From a virus: a stretch of 64,000 bases of DNA. The notes under the pieces are model-generated. The model searched no databases. It was not told the DNA's origin and saw nothing but the letters and a program-made list of their open reading frames with translations. The stretch lies in IMG/VR virus record IMGVR_UViG_3300033150_000473, positions 10,999 to 74,998 of that record. One strand, 5' to 3'. The translations under genes and the position numbers were made by a program. Each line of letters begins with the position of its first letter. The first letter of the stretch is position 1. Shown here in pieces: positions 9,010 through 18,045 of this stretch.

Positions 9010-10560
9010 ATGCCGCAAATGCAGTTGCAAATCAGAGACGAGATGCGCGCCAGCGTGCGCCAGTTCCCCAGGCATCAGCCGATCATCTTCCGCGTTGCTA
9101 TGACGGCGGATGGAGTTCCGGCCTGGTGGGGCAAAGACCGCGACGCTTACCTGCGCCTTTTCTGGCAGCAGGAGAGTTTCCTGGCAAGCACGGTCTACGC
9201 GCTATGTGCCCGTAACGCAGGCTTCCAATGGGTCGTCGAGGGGCCAGAAGCCGAGAGCTTGCAAGCCACAAGAACCCTGCGCAACGTAGAGTTTGGTCAG
9301 GGCTGGCAGCAACTGATGCTTCAGTTCTCAGAGGACTTGTTAGTCAGTGACAACGGGGGATTTATCGAGATTATCCGGCCAGCACGGGCTAGAATCAACG
9401 GCAAGAGCTATCCGGCCATCGCCAAGAGGCACAAAAGCGGCGACATAGACTGGTTTGCTATCATCAGCCGCATGGGCCACGTGAAGCAGGTAGAACCGGA
9501 GGACGTCAGCGACTCGCCCTACGACCTACCGGTTAGCTTGGCTCACCTAGATTCTGCAAAAGTCACGCGCACCGGAGACCCCGACACCCCTGTGATCTAC
9601 ACAGATCGCAACGGAGGCGAGCATGAGTTGAAGTCATGGCAGGTGATGAGCATGACTGACATGCCGTCACCCATTGAGGAGATGCACGGGGTGGGCTTTT
9701 GCTTCGTCAGTCGCGTTCTCAGAAACGCCCAAACCGTGAGAGACTGGACTATCTTCCGGCAAGAGAAAATCAGTGGCCGGTTTGCCAGAGCGGTTCACCT
9801 CACCAACGTAGATTCTGACTGGATTTCTGATGCTATTGCCCAGGCTCAAGCCAAAGCAGACGAACGGGGGCTTCTAGTCTACTCTCAGCCCATCATCACC
9901 AATACACTTGACCCTAGTTCCAGGCCGTATCTTGTAACTATTCCGCTGGCTGAGTTGCCAGACGGGTTCACCGAAGACGAGACCATGCGCTGGTACATCG
10001 GGCTTCTGGCATTGGCGGCAGGGGAGCATTACAGCTTCCTCGCCCCCATGCCTGGTAGACGATTGGGATCAGCCAGAGAAGTCGAGGTGCAGGAACGACA
10101 GGCGCGAGGCAAATCGTCTCGGCTGTTCATGGATCAGTTGGCTACCCAAATCAACAACGCCGGTATCTTGCCGGAGGGATGTGTATTCGTCTTCCGAGAA
10201 AAGGACACCGAAGAACAAGCGGCACACGAGCAAGCCGAACGCAGGCGGGCCGAGACCCGCAAGATGCGCATCGAGAGCGGCGAGATAACACCAGCGATTG
10301 CCAGGCAGATTGCCAAAGACCAGGGCGACTTGAAAGACGAATACCTGCAACAACTAGGCGAGGAGGATATTACACCGGATGAAGGCGAACCATTGGAGAG
10401 CGTAGATGGGGTGGAGGAGAAACAGGAAGAACCCCTGGATATTTCCAAAGACGACGTGGCGCGAGCTATCGGCAAGTGGAATGACCGTATGTCGGAGGCC
10501 GAGGGTCTTCTACAAGCGTCCGAGGCGGAAAAAACCGCGGGAGGACTAGATGCCGAGTAA
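9010..10560 (+). CDS. portal protein
   Basis: 516 aa; position in the head module; DLLVSDNGGFIEII and GVGFCFVSR portal-like segments. Confidence 0.8.
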   Translation: MPQMQLQIRDEMRASVRQFPRHQPIIFRVAMTADGVPAWWGKDRDAYLRLFWQQESFLASTVYALCARNAGFQWVVEGPEAESLQATRTLRNVEFGQGWQQLMLQFSEDLLVSDNGGFIEIIRPARARINGKSYPAIAKRHKSGDIDWFAIISRMGHVKQVEPEDVSDSPYDLPVSLAHLDSAKVTRTGDPDTPVIYTDRNGGEHELKSWQVMSMTDMPSPIEEMHGVGFCFVSRVLRNAQTVRDWTIFRQEKISGRFARAVHLTNVDSDWISDAIAQAQAKADERGLLVYSQPIITNTLDPSSRPYLVTIPLAELPDGFTEDETMRWYIGLLALAAGEHYSFLAPMPGRRLGSAREVEVQERQARGKSSRLFMDQLATQINNAGILPEGCVFVFREKDTEEQAAHEQAERRRAETRKMRIESGEITPAIARQIAKDQGDLKDEYLQQLGEEDITPDEGEPLESVDGVEEKQEEPLDISKDDVARAIGKWNDRMSEAEGLLQASEAEKTAGGLDAE

Positions 10561-11296
10561 AATCGAACTTCCCTATGGTTTGGGAGCGCGCTACAAAGAC
10601 GACGACCGCGACTGGCGCTACAGGCGCGGAGCTTTGGTACGCAGCGGCACGCACAGGCCACCAGTGGTAGACAACCGTCACCTGTTCATCAGGATACCCG
10701 TGTGGAATCAAGGGAAAGAGGGTGCTTGCACTGGAATGGCGATGGCTGGAGCACTGAGCGAGATTTACGGCCAAGAACTCAGTCCCCGTTTCATGTTCGA
10801 GGCGGCCAAAGAGCACGACGAGTGGCCTGGTGAGGACTACGACGGGTCTTCGGTGCGAGGTGCAGCCAAAGCCGCGGCCTCTGTAGGCTGTTGTCTGCAC
10901 AACTTGTGGCCGTTCGCGCCCTTCCAGACAGGGGGGAAAGACCCGAATGCTAACACTGATGCCAAGCTGCATGTGCTTACCAGCTACGAGCGACTAGGTT
11001 CGCTCAGGGAGATACTACATGCCATCTGGGACATGGGATACGTGGTAGCGACGGTTGACGTGCACACAGGGTGGATCAGGCCAACGAGGAAGCACAGGAT
11101 ACGCTATCATCCCAGGTACATCAGCCGTGGACTTCACGCAGTCTTGTTCTGTGGCTACGACGAGAAGACCGGCTACTTGTTGCTTCGCAATTCTTGGCGG
11201 GACGACTGGGGCGATGCGGGGTATGCCTGGTTGAAGTTCGATGACTGGATGGCAAACGGCCAGGATGCGTGGATGGTTGTCAATGAGGCATACTAA
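10550..11296 (+). CDS. papain-family (C1A) cysteine peptidase
   Basis: WNQGKEGACTG (Gln/Cys), GLHAVLFCGY (His), LRNSWRDDWGDAGY (Asn). Confidence 0.9.
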   Translation: MPSKIELPYGLGARYKDDDRDWRYRRGALVRSGTHRPPVVDNRHLFIRIPVWNQGKEGACTGMAMAGALSEIYGQELSPRFMFEAAKEHDEWPGEDYDGSSVRGAAKAAASVGCCLHNLWPFAPFQTGGKDPNANTDAKLHVLTSYERLGSLREILHAIWDMGYVVATVDVHTGWIRPTRKHRIRYHPRYISRGLHAVLFCGYDEKTGYLLLRNSWRDDWGDAGYAWLKFDDWMANGQDAWMVVNEAY

Positions 11297-11901
11297 TGGA
11301 CTGGACTTGGCAACCAACAACTCAGTCTTACCGCGATAACGAAACTGGCCGCGTCATTACATCGGACCAAGTACGAGAATGGGTACTGGAATCCATCCGC
11401 AAATCAGGCGATGCGGTAACGGAACTGGCCCGATTGCTCGCTGAGGGGAAACTCAGCCTGGACGACTGGCGCAGGCTGATGCGCGATGAAATCAAAGACG
11501 AATACGTGGCGCTGTTTCTGTTGGGGCTTGGAGGGTTGGCTTTACTGAGGGCTGAGGACATCTTGTTGCTGGCTGAGTTGCTGAGGGAACAGTTCGCTTA
11601 CCTGGATCGCTTTGTTGTAGAGATAGGCGAACTCAGTGAGGCCCAGATAAATGCCAGGGCACGAAGCTACACCAAGACAGCAGAATCAGCGTTTTGGCGG
11701 GGAGGGCTGAGAGCGGCAGTCGCAGCGGGTATGGAAAGAGTGAAATGGACTCTCACGCCCGCGGAGCATTGCGAAGACTGTATCGCTTTTGCCGACATGG
11801 GCTGGCAGAGAATAGACGATAACCCTTACCACGGGGCTACACCGAAATCAGGGGCAACTAGATGCCTGTTCAATTGCGCCTGCGTGCTTCTATTCCGGTA
11901 G
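11296..11901 (+). CDS. head morphogenesis / minor head protein (MuF/gp7-like)
   Basis: C-terminal W...AEHCEDC...P...CLFNCAC pattern; position after portal. Confidence 0.7.
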   Translation: MDWTWQPTTQSYRDNETGRVITSDQVREWVLESIRKSGDAVTELARLLAEGKLSLDDWRRLMRDEIKDEYVALFLLGLGGLALLRAEDILLLAELLREQFAYLDRFVVEIGELSEAQINARARSYTKTAESAFWRGGLRAAVAAGMERVKWTLTPAEHCEDCIAFADMGWQRIDDNPYHGATPKSGATRCLFNCACVLLFR

Positions 11902-11956
11902 CTGAGGTTATGTAACGCTAGAATGCACGGATGTGCATTAAGGGGGAGATTAAATC

Positions 11957-12037
11957 GTGTGGGAAGTCGCTGTAATCCTAGCCGTGATTTTGTTCATCAG
12001 CTCATTCTGTCTTGTGGTTATAGGTTTAACTAATTAA
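11957..12037 (+). CDS. 26-aa single-TM peptide (MWEVAVILAVILFISSFCLVVIGLTN)
   Basis: AGGGGGAG RBS, GTG start, TAA stop; fully hydrophobic. Confidence 0.45.
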   Translation: MWEVAVILAVILFISSFCLVVIGLTN

Positions 12038-12039
12038 TC

Positions 12040-12229
12040 CCCCGCCATTCCAAAGTGAATAGCGGGCTAATAAACGCCTGGGGATTGCTGTGTCAATCCC
12101 CAGTACCGGCAATCGCAGCCCCCGTCTGTGAGACAGCGGCGCTTGCTGTAGACCCCAGGGATAGCATCTCTGGCCTGACGCCCGCCAACGGGGGGCGGTG
12201 ACGTTTCTTGTGAGACGTACATTGGGGGC
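12040..12229 (+). ncRNA. candidate structured RNA (two hairpins plus a five-way junction)
   Basis: Dense stems with G-U pairs favouring the + strand; see findings. Confidence 0.45.
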
Positions 12230-12233
12230 GTAA

Positions 12234-12404
12234 ATGGCGGAAGATGAATTGCACCGAGAGCCAGAATACTTAGAGCTTTCTCCAGAAGCCTGGGCCAGAA
12301 TAAGGGCTAAGATGGTTGAGCTGCTTCGGCGCAAGTCCATCCTGCCAAAGCCTGTCTACGATGATGAGTATTTTGAAGCCATGAGACCTGAAAACTGGCG
12401 GTAA
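12234..12404 (+). CDS. small hypothetical protein (56 aa)
   Basis: ATG-TAA ORF filling the gap before 12412. Confidence 0.5.
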   Translation: MAEDELHREPEYLELSPEAWARIRAKMVELLRRKSILPKPVYDDEYFEAMRPENWR

Positions 12405-12411
12405 AAGAATT

Positions 12412-14751
12412 ATGACAGAGCTCATCCAACTACCAGTAGGCACAGACCACCGTGGCCTGCACCTGAAGCCGCCGCACGGCGAACTGATAGCAGACGGCTA
12501 CAAGACGCAGATCGCCAAGGCGAAGCCGTTTGACCTGTCAGGCCCGTGGATACTGATTTCGGGTGGCAAGGCATGGGGCACGATGGAAGTCGGGTTGCCT
12601 GAACCGATTGACGTCGAGGGGTTTGACAAGGCGTTTGGGGAACACCGCGTTTCCGTTACGGAAAGAAAGAAGTGGTGGACTGGCAAAGAGACATTGTATC
12701 TGTCAGAGATCACAGCGTTCGAGCCGTTCAAGAAGACTCTGGACATCCAGGTCATCCCTGGGATGCAGACTGTTATTGAGACTGTGGAGTTCATAACTGC
12801 TGAACCAGACCTGTTGGAACACTGCGAACAGGTACGGTTGGTGATTGGGAGCACGGAAAAAGAGACAACCGGGGATACAACCTGGATTGAGGCCGAAGAA
12901 AAAGCGGAGGCGAACATGGAAACAGAGGAAAAGGCCGCTGGGACAGAAGGCGCTGAGGGAGCACCAACGGCGGAGGCAATTGAGATAGGTTCCAAGCCAT
13001 ACGACCCAAAAGACCCACCCGCTAAGGTGCGGGGAATGCCGGAGAAGGCCCAGCGCATCTGGGTTCACGCCTACAACAGCGCTCTTGAGAAGTATCCCGA
13101 CGACGAAGCGCGTTGCCACAAGATCGCCTACGGCGCTGTGAAAAACGCGGGCTACTACCAGGACAAAGACGGTGCTTGGCACGCCCCGAAGGAGAAAAAG
13201 GAGATGGATGAGGGCCAGAAAGAACTGGGTGAGGGCCAGGGGGTTGACGGCCCGCGGCAGGGAGTCGGAGGTGCAGAAGTTTGTCGCTGCCCCTCTTGCG
13301 GTTACGAGATGGAACACGAGCGGGGCACGCCATGTGCTGAGATCAAGTGCCCCAAGTGTGGCGCGGCCATGCAGGGTCAGCCACAAGAATCCAAAGCGAC
13401 TTGGGATACTGCCTATGTCAACTCTTTGGGCGACGGATGCTTCCTCCACATTGAAGCTGGGGGCGACAAGGATGAAACTGGGCGCACGAAGCCTAGATCA
13501 CTGCGCCACCTGCCCTACAAAAACCAGGCCAACGAGATAGATTTGCCGCATCTCCGAAATGCCATCTCGCGCCTCGGTCAACCGAAGACCGGCAAGGGCT
13601 GGCTGACTGAAGACCTACGCAAGCGCTTGTTGGCTAAAGCCCGCGGCATCCTAGCGAAGCAGAACAAGACAGATTCAAAGAATGTCTTGGTGTGGCTCAA
13701 AGAGAAGTTCGATGGCATCCTTGACGGCCTCCGTGAGCCACCCGAATTGGGCATGACGTTCAAAGCAATAGATGGCCGTACCTGGCTTTTGACCTGGACG
13801 ACCAACGCTTTCCAGGACAGGGAGGAAGAAACTTTCCGTACCAAGGCCATCGAGGACTACGTAGCCCGTCACGCTGATGACGAAACCAAAGGGGAGTTCT
13901 GGTTCTGGCATCTCCCTGGAGCGAAGATGGCCCAGATAGAATGGCAAGCAGTCGTAGGGCGTTTCTTGGTGGAAGCAGGGCCGTTCGATGACACGCCGAC
14001 CGGTCGCAAGATGGCTGAGTTCTTCAGCCAGCACCCACACGACCATCCCGAAATCGCACCTGAAGGATGGGGGACGTCGCACGGCTTCAAGTATGTCGAC
14101 GCAGATCGCGCCGACAAGATTTACGATTGGTTTGACAAGTTCGAGACAACGGTACTTCCCAAGTCTGCGGCCTCAAACCAGCACAGTCCAAAGATGGAGG
14201 TATTACCGATGAACCAACAGCAGAAAGACGCTCTAACCGCCATCGCTGGTGATGAGTTTGTGAACATGGTCATCAAGACTGGCGAGGAGCGGACGAAGGA
14301 GCTAGAGGAACGGGGCATCGCTTTCAAGGAGACCGAGGAAGTCGCCGAGGAAGTGGAAACCGAAGAGGTGGCCGAAGTCAAAGAGGCCGAAGAGGCCACA
14401 GAGACTGAAGAGGTCGAGGAAACCGAAGTCAAAGAGACTGACTCCCAGATGACTGCGCTGGCACAACAGATCGTTGCTGGCTTGAACCTTGGGACGATGA
14501 CCGAGGCGATCAAGTCCATTCAGGACACGGTGAAGGCTATCGCTGGCAGCCAGGTAGAGCAGGACAAGCGGCTCAAGGCACTAGAGGACATCGGTGGCGA
14601 ACAATCAGCTCCACTGATCCCATTGCCCCGCGCCACCTACTGGCAGGCTAGTCGAGTGGCCCAGACCGAACCTGACGAGAAGCTGGCCGACAAGGCTCAG
14701 CCCAAAGTGCCCGACGCCATCAGCGAGATGGCTAAGCGCATTCCGATCTAA
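12412..14751 (+). CDS. multidomain prohead protease/scaffold fusion (ASCH-like, ChaB, Zn-finger, protease-like, acidic scaffold)
   Basis: ChaB motif AQRIWVHAYNSA...AYGAVK; CRCPSC...CPKC; TNAFQDREEE...FWH...GTSHGF...TVLP..A.N protease-like region; Glu-rich tail; directly precedes the capsid gene. Confidence 0.7.
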   Translation: MTELIQLPVGTDHRGLHLKPPHGELIADGYKTQIAKAKPFDLSGPWILISGGKAWGTMEVGLPEPIDVEGFDKAFGEHRVSVTERKKWWTGKETLYLSEITAFEPFKKTLDIQVIPGMQTVIETVEFITAEPDLLEHCEQVRLVIGSTEKETTGDTTWIEAEEKAEANMETEEKAAGTEGAEGAPTAEAIEIGSKPYDPKDPPAKVRGMPEKAQRIWVHAYNSALEKYPDDEARCHKIAYGAVKNAGYYQDKDGAWHAPKEKKEMDEGQKELGEGQGVDGPRQGVGGAEVCRCPSCGYEMEHERGTPCAEIKCPKCGAAMQGQPQESKATWDTAYVNSLGDGCFLHIEAGGDKDETGRTKPRSLRHLPYKNQANEIDLPHLRNAISRLGQPKTGKGWLTEDLRKRLLAKARGILAKQNKTDSKNVLVWLKEKFDGILDGLREPPELGMTFKAIDGRTWLLTWTTNAFQDREEETFRTKAIEDYVARHADDETKGEFWFWHLPGAKMAQIEWQAVVGRFLVEAGPFDDTPTGRKMAEFFSQHPHDHPEIAPEGWGTSHGFKYVDADRADKIYDWFDKFETTVLPKSAASNQHSPKMEVLPMNQQQKDALTAIAGDEFVNMVIKTGEERTKELEERGIAFKETEEVAEEVETEEVAEVKEAEEATETEEVEETEVKETDSQMTALAQQIVAGLNLGTMTEAIKSIQDTVKAIAGSQVEQDKRLKALEDIGGEQSAPLIPLPRATYWQASRVAQTEPDEKLADKAQPKVPDAISEMAKRIPI

Positions 14752-14764
14752 GGAGAGTGAAACA

Positions 14765-16210
14765 ATGGATCAAAGACAAATCGACGCGCTCAGCATGGCT
14801 ATTGCACAAGCGATAGGCCAGAAGGCTCCTGCTACGACTCCTAGCGGCTCGTGGATGCACGGGCCAGGCGGGCTGTTTGCAGGTACGGCCATCGACAAGC
14901 GGGTGCTGAGTCTACGCATTGCCCCACGGGGTATCTCTAGTGTGCTGCGGGCGTTTCCGTCCGCGTACACCAATCCTGAGTTTGGCTATCTGACGGGGAC
15001 CATTCAGTCAGCCGGACAAACTCAACCTAGCGACGAATGCTCCACCTGTGTCCACGGGGAAACGCAGTCCTGTGTGCAGACCGCGCAGTTTGGGCGAATC
15101 TGTGCCGAGACCAAGACCCTGACGATCCAGAGAGCAATCGAGCGCGTCAACCGCATGGACGTCGACTACACCCTGGTCAACGACCTGTTTGGTGAAGATT
15201 TTGCCAAGGACTTCTTCCGCGGCGTGCGGAAGATCGACAACAGCAAGGTCATGCAACTGTCAGTAGCCTGGGCCATGGTCGAAGTCGGAGTGCTCTTGCA
15301 GAACCTGGGCGTACCAATGGTCTGGCAGGGCAATCCAACCAATAGTGTCGGCACGGGCTACATGGAGTTTCCTGGACTGGACATCCTGATCGGTGTCAAC
15401 AAGGTCGATGCTCATACAGGGAACTCTTGCAACTCTCTGGACTCTGATGTCAAGGAGTTCAACTACGCCAGTGTCAATAGCGTCGATGCCGCAGGGAACT
15501 TCCACATCGTGCGCTACATGGAGGCTATGGAACACTACCTGTACCACAACGCCTCTCGGCAGGGTTTCTTGCCCGTTGAGAAGGTCATAGTTATGCGGCC
15601 TGAGTTGTGGCAGGAGTTCTCTATGATCTGGCCCACGGCATGGATGGCAACACGGAACATCGTGCTACCTGCCGGAAATACCAACTTCCTGGACGCAACT
15701 CGCATCAGGGAAATGGTGGCTGAGCTACAGCGCACTATGACGCTGGAACTGAACGGGCGTCGCTATCAGGTCATCCTGGACGATGGTGTCTTCGAGTATA
15801 CCAACGTCAACGACGCCAACGTTCCTGCTGGGTCTTATGCCAGCAACATCTACTTTGTCCCGACCCGCGTCATGGGGCAAAGGGACGTCTGTTTCTTCGA
15901 GCATCTGGACTACCGCGCAGGTCGCCAAGAAGCCGCAGACGCTAGGCTCCAGCAGACCTACTGGACGGACGATGGCAGGTTCTTGTGGACGCACGAGACC
16001 ACGAAGTTTTGTTTCACGGTCTCCGGCGAGATGAAGCCACGGGTCATCCTGCTGACGCCGCAACTGGCTGGCAGGATCAACCACGTGCTATACTCGCCGC
16101 TGCAACACCTGCGGAGCTACGACCAGGATTCGAGTTACTTCTTCAAGGGAGGCGAGTCAAGTCGTGGCGCTCCCTCGCTCTTCAGTGACTGGAACTTGCC
16201 GCGACAGTAA
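14765..16210 (+). CDS. major capsid protein
   Basis: 481 aa after protease/scaffold; AAGGAG RBS; VWQGNP...EFPGLD...IVMRP pattern of HK97-fold capsids. Confidence 0.8.
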   Translation: MDQRQIDALSMAIAQAIGQKAPATTPSGSWMHGPGGLFAGTAIDKRVLSLRIAPRGISSVLRAFPSAYTNPEFGYLTGTIQSAGQTQPSDECSTCVHGETQSCVQTAQFGRICAETKTLTIQRAIERVNRMDVDYTLVNDLFGEDFAKDFFRGVRKIDNSKVMQLSVAWAMVEVGVLLQNLGVPMVWQGNPTNSVGTGYMEFPGLDILIGVNKVDAHTGNSCNSLDSDVKEFNYASVNSVDAAGNFHIVRYMEAMEHYLYHNASRQGFLPVEKVIVMRPELWQEFSMIWPTAWMATRNIVLPAGNTNFLDATRIREMVAELQRTMTLELNGRRYQVILDDGVFEYTNVNDANVPAGSYASNIYFVPTRVMGQRDVCFFEHLDYRAGRQEAADARLQQTYWTDDGRFLWTHETTKFCFTVSGEMKPRVILLTPQLAGRINHVLYSPLQHLRSYDQDSSYFFKGGESSRGAPSLFSDWNLPRQ

Positions 16211-16394
16211 CAGATAAAACTGAGATGGGCGACGTCCCATTACTTCCAAAAACAGGGAAGTCATTCGTGCACTGCGGGTCAACCTACACTACCCTGGTGA
16301 GCTACGTTAGCACATCGCAGACGATAGCACGCCGACATCTAACTATGTGCCCGGAATCGCGGGTGGCTTCCCATTACTAAACAAGGAGTGTTCA

Positions 16395-17351
16395 ATGCCA
16401 TACTGGAACGGTCGTCGTATCGTCGTCACGGGGGGATGCGGTATGATTGGGGCCCCCTTAGTCCGACTGCTAGTGGAGCATGGGGCGACAGTAATCGTCT
16501 TGGACGATCTCAGCCGTGGATATACACAAATTGAGGGAGCGTCTTACCTGAGAGGCGACGCTGGCTCTATGACCAGGTGCGTGGAAACCTTTCAGCGCGC
16601 TGACGGTGTGTTTAATCTAGCAGCTACGGTGGCTGGGGTAGACTACAACATGGCCCACCAACTTGCCATGTACAGCGCCAATATGCGGCTACAACTTGTT
16701 CCTGTCCTGGCGGCGGTGGAGGCCAGGGTTAGGCGGTTCGTGCAATGTTCAAGTGCGTGTATCTATTCGCCTGAGTATAACCACCCAGCAAAGGAAGATT
16801 ACGGGCACGCGGGGAATCCACATGCAGGCAATGCGGGTTATGCTTGGGCCAAGCGTATGGGTGAGCGGGCTTTTCTATGGTCAGGATTGAACGGAGTGAT
16901 CGTCAGACCGTTCAATTCGTATGGCCCTTTGGACTACTATGACGAACGGGCGCACGTTATCCCTGCGCTTATTAAGAAGTGCTTACAGGATGATGTGGTA
17001 AAGGTAGCCTCTAGGGACACAGTGCGAGAGTTCATCTACTCCGCGGACGTAGCTGAGGGAATGGTCGCAGCCTATCAGTGGGGACGCAACCAAGGTATCT
17101 ACAACCTAGGAACAGGAGGAAAGACGGCGGTTAAGATACGTGGCTTGACCATGATGATACTCAATATCATGGGACTAAAGGACAGCCCACCGGTAGAATG
17201 GCTAGACAGCAGGGCAGGTGATGAGATACGCTTTAGTGACTGTACCTTGGCAGAAAAAGAACTGAATTGGCACTATCGCACTGGGTTAGTTGAGGGATTG
17301 GGGAAGGCCATAACTTGGTATCAGGAAGCGAGGGAAAATGTCGGGCTATAG
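16395..17351 (+). CDS. NAD-dependent nucleotide-sugar epimerase/dehydratase (GDP-sugar epimerase-like)
   Basis: VTGGCGMIG Rossmann motif, SSACIY, YAWAK catalytic YxxxK, REFIY; AAGGAG RBS before ATG 16395. Confidence 0.92.
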   Translation: MPYWNGRRIVVTGGCGMIGAPLVRLLVEHGATVIVLDDLSRGYTQIEGASYLRGDAGSMTRCVETFQRADGVFNLAATVAGVDYNMAHQLAMYSANMRLQLVPVLAAVEARVRRFVQCSSACIYSPEYNHPAKEDYGHAGNPHAGNAGYAWAKRMGERAFLWSGLNGVIVRPFNSYGPLDYYDERAHVIPALIKKCLQDDVVKVASRDTVREFIYSADVAEGMVAAYQWGRNQGIYNLGTGGKTAVKIRGLTMMILNIMGLKDSPPVEWLDSRAGDEIRFSDCTLAEKELNWHYRTGLVEGLGKAITWYQEARENVGL

Positions 17352-18045
17352 GGTCCTTGTACTCACCAGTGACCATTACTTGCACGCCTTGCAACCGTTC
17401 AGTTTCTTGTTCAATAAGTTCTGGAGTCCAGAGCAAGAGGTTGTAGTCGGTGGTTTCAAGCAGCCTGAGTTCATGTTGCCACCCAACTTCACCTTCGTGT
17501 CCCTAGGCGACATGAAAGACTATCCCATCGACAAGTGGTCGGACGCCTTTATCAAGTTCCTGAACATTGTGCCCGATGAAGTGTTTGTCTTCATGCTCGA
17601 AGACTACTGGTTGACGCGACCGGTAGACGTGGAAGCGGTCAAGATTCTGTATGACTACATGGAACAATTCAAGTACGTCTTGAAAATTGACCTCTGTGCT
17701 GACCGTCTCTATGCCATGAATATGCAGTCCTACGGATGGGTTGGGCGTTTGGACTTGGTGAAGTCGGACAGGGGTTCACCGTACCATATGAGCCTGATGA
17801 CGGGCTTGTGGCGAAAGAAACTGTTGCTGAAACACGTCATCCCTGGAGAGTCGCCTTGGGACATCGAGATCAGGGGCACGCGTAGGTTGTCCCTGGACGG
17901 CGACGATATTGTGTTAGGTTCGAGGCAGTGGCCCGTGAGGCATCTTCTAGCATACAGGGGTGGTGACAGTAGCAGCGGAGCCGACGTGTCTGCACTAAAG
18001 CCAGAAGACGTTGCTGAAATGGAGAAAAGGGGGTATCGGTTATGA
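17338..18045 (+). CDS. putative GT-A fold glycosyltransferase
   Basis: VFMLEDYWL DxD-like motif; GESPWDIE; operon context. Confidence 0.6.
   Translation: MSGYRVLVLTSDHYLHALQPFSFLFNKFWSPEQEVVVGGFKQPEFMLPPNFTFVSLGDMKDYPIDKWSDAFIKFLNIVPDEVFVFMLEDYWLTRPVDVEAVKILYDYMEQFKYVLKIDLCADRLYAMNMQSYGWVGRLDLVKSDRGSPYHMSLMTGLWRKKLLLKHVIPGESPWDIEIRGTRRLSLDGDDIVLGSRQWPVRHLLAYRGGDSSSGADVSALKPEDVAEMEKRGYRL

Noticed and set aside
16211-16394. Small ORF or RNA between the capsid gene and the epimerase
   Set aside because: Only short 5-6 bp hairpins and a 51-codon ORF without an RBS; not enough support.
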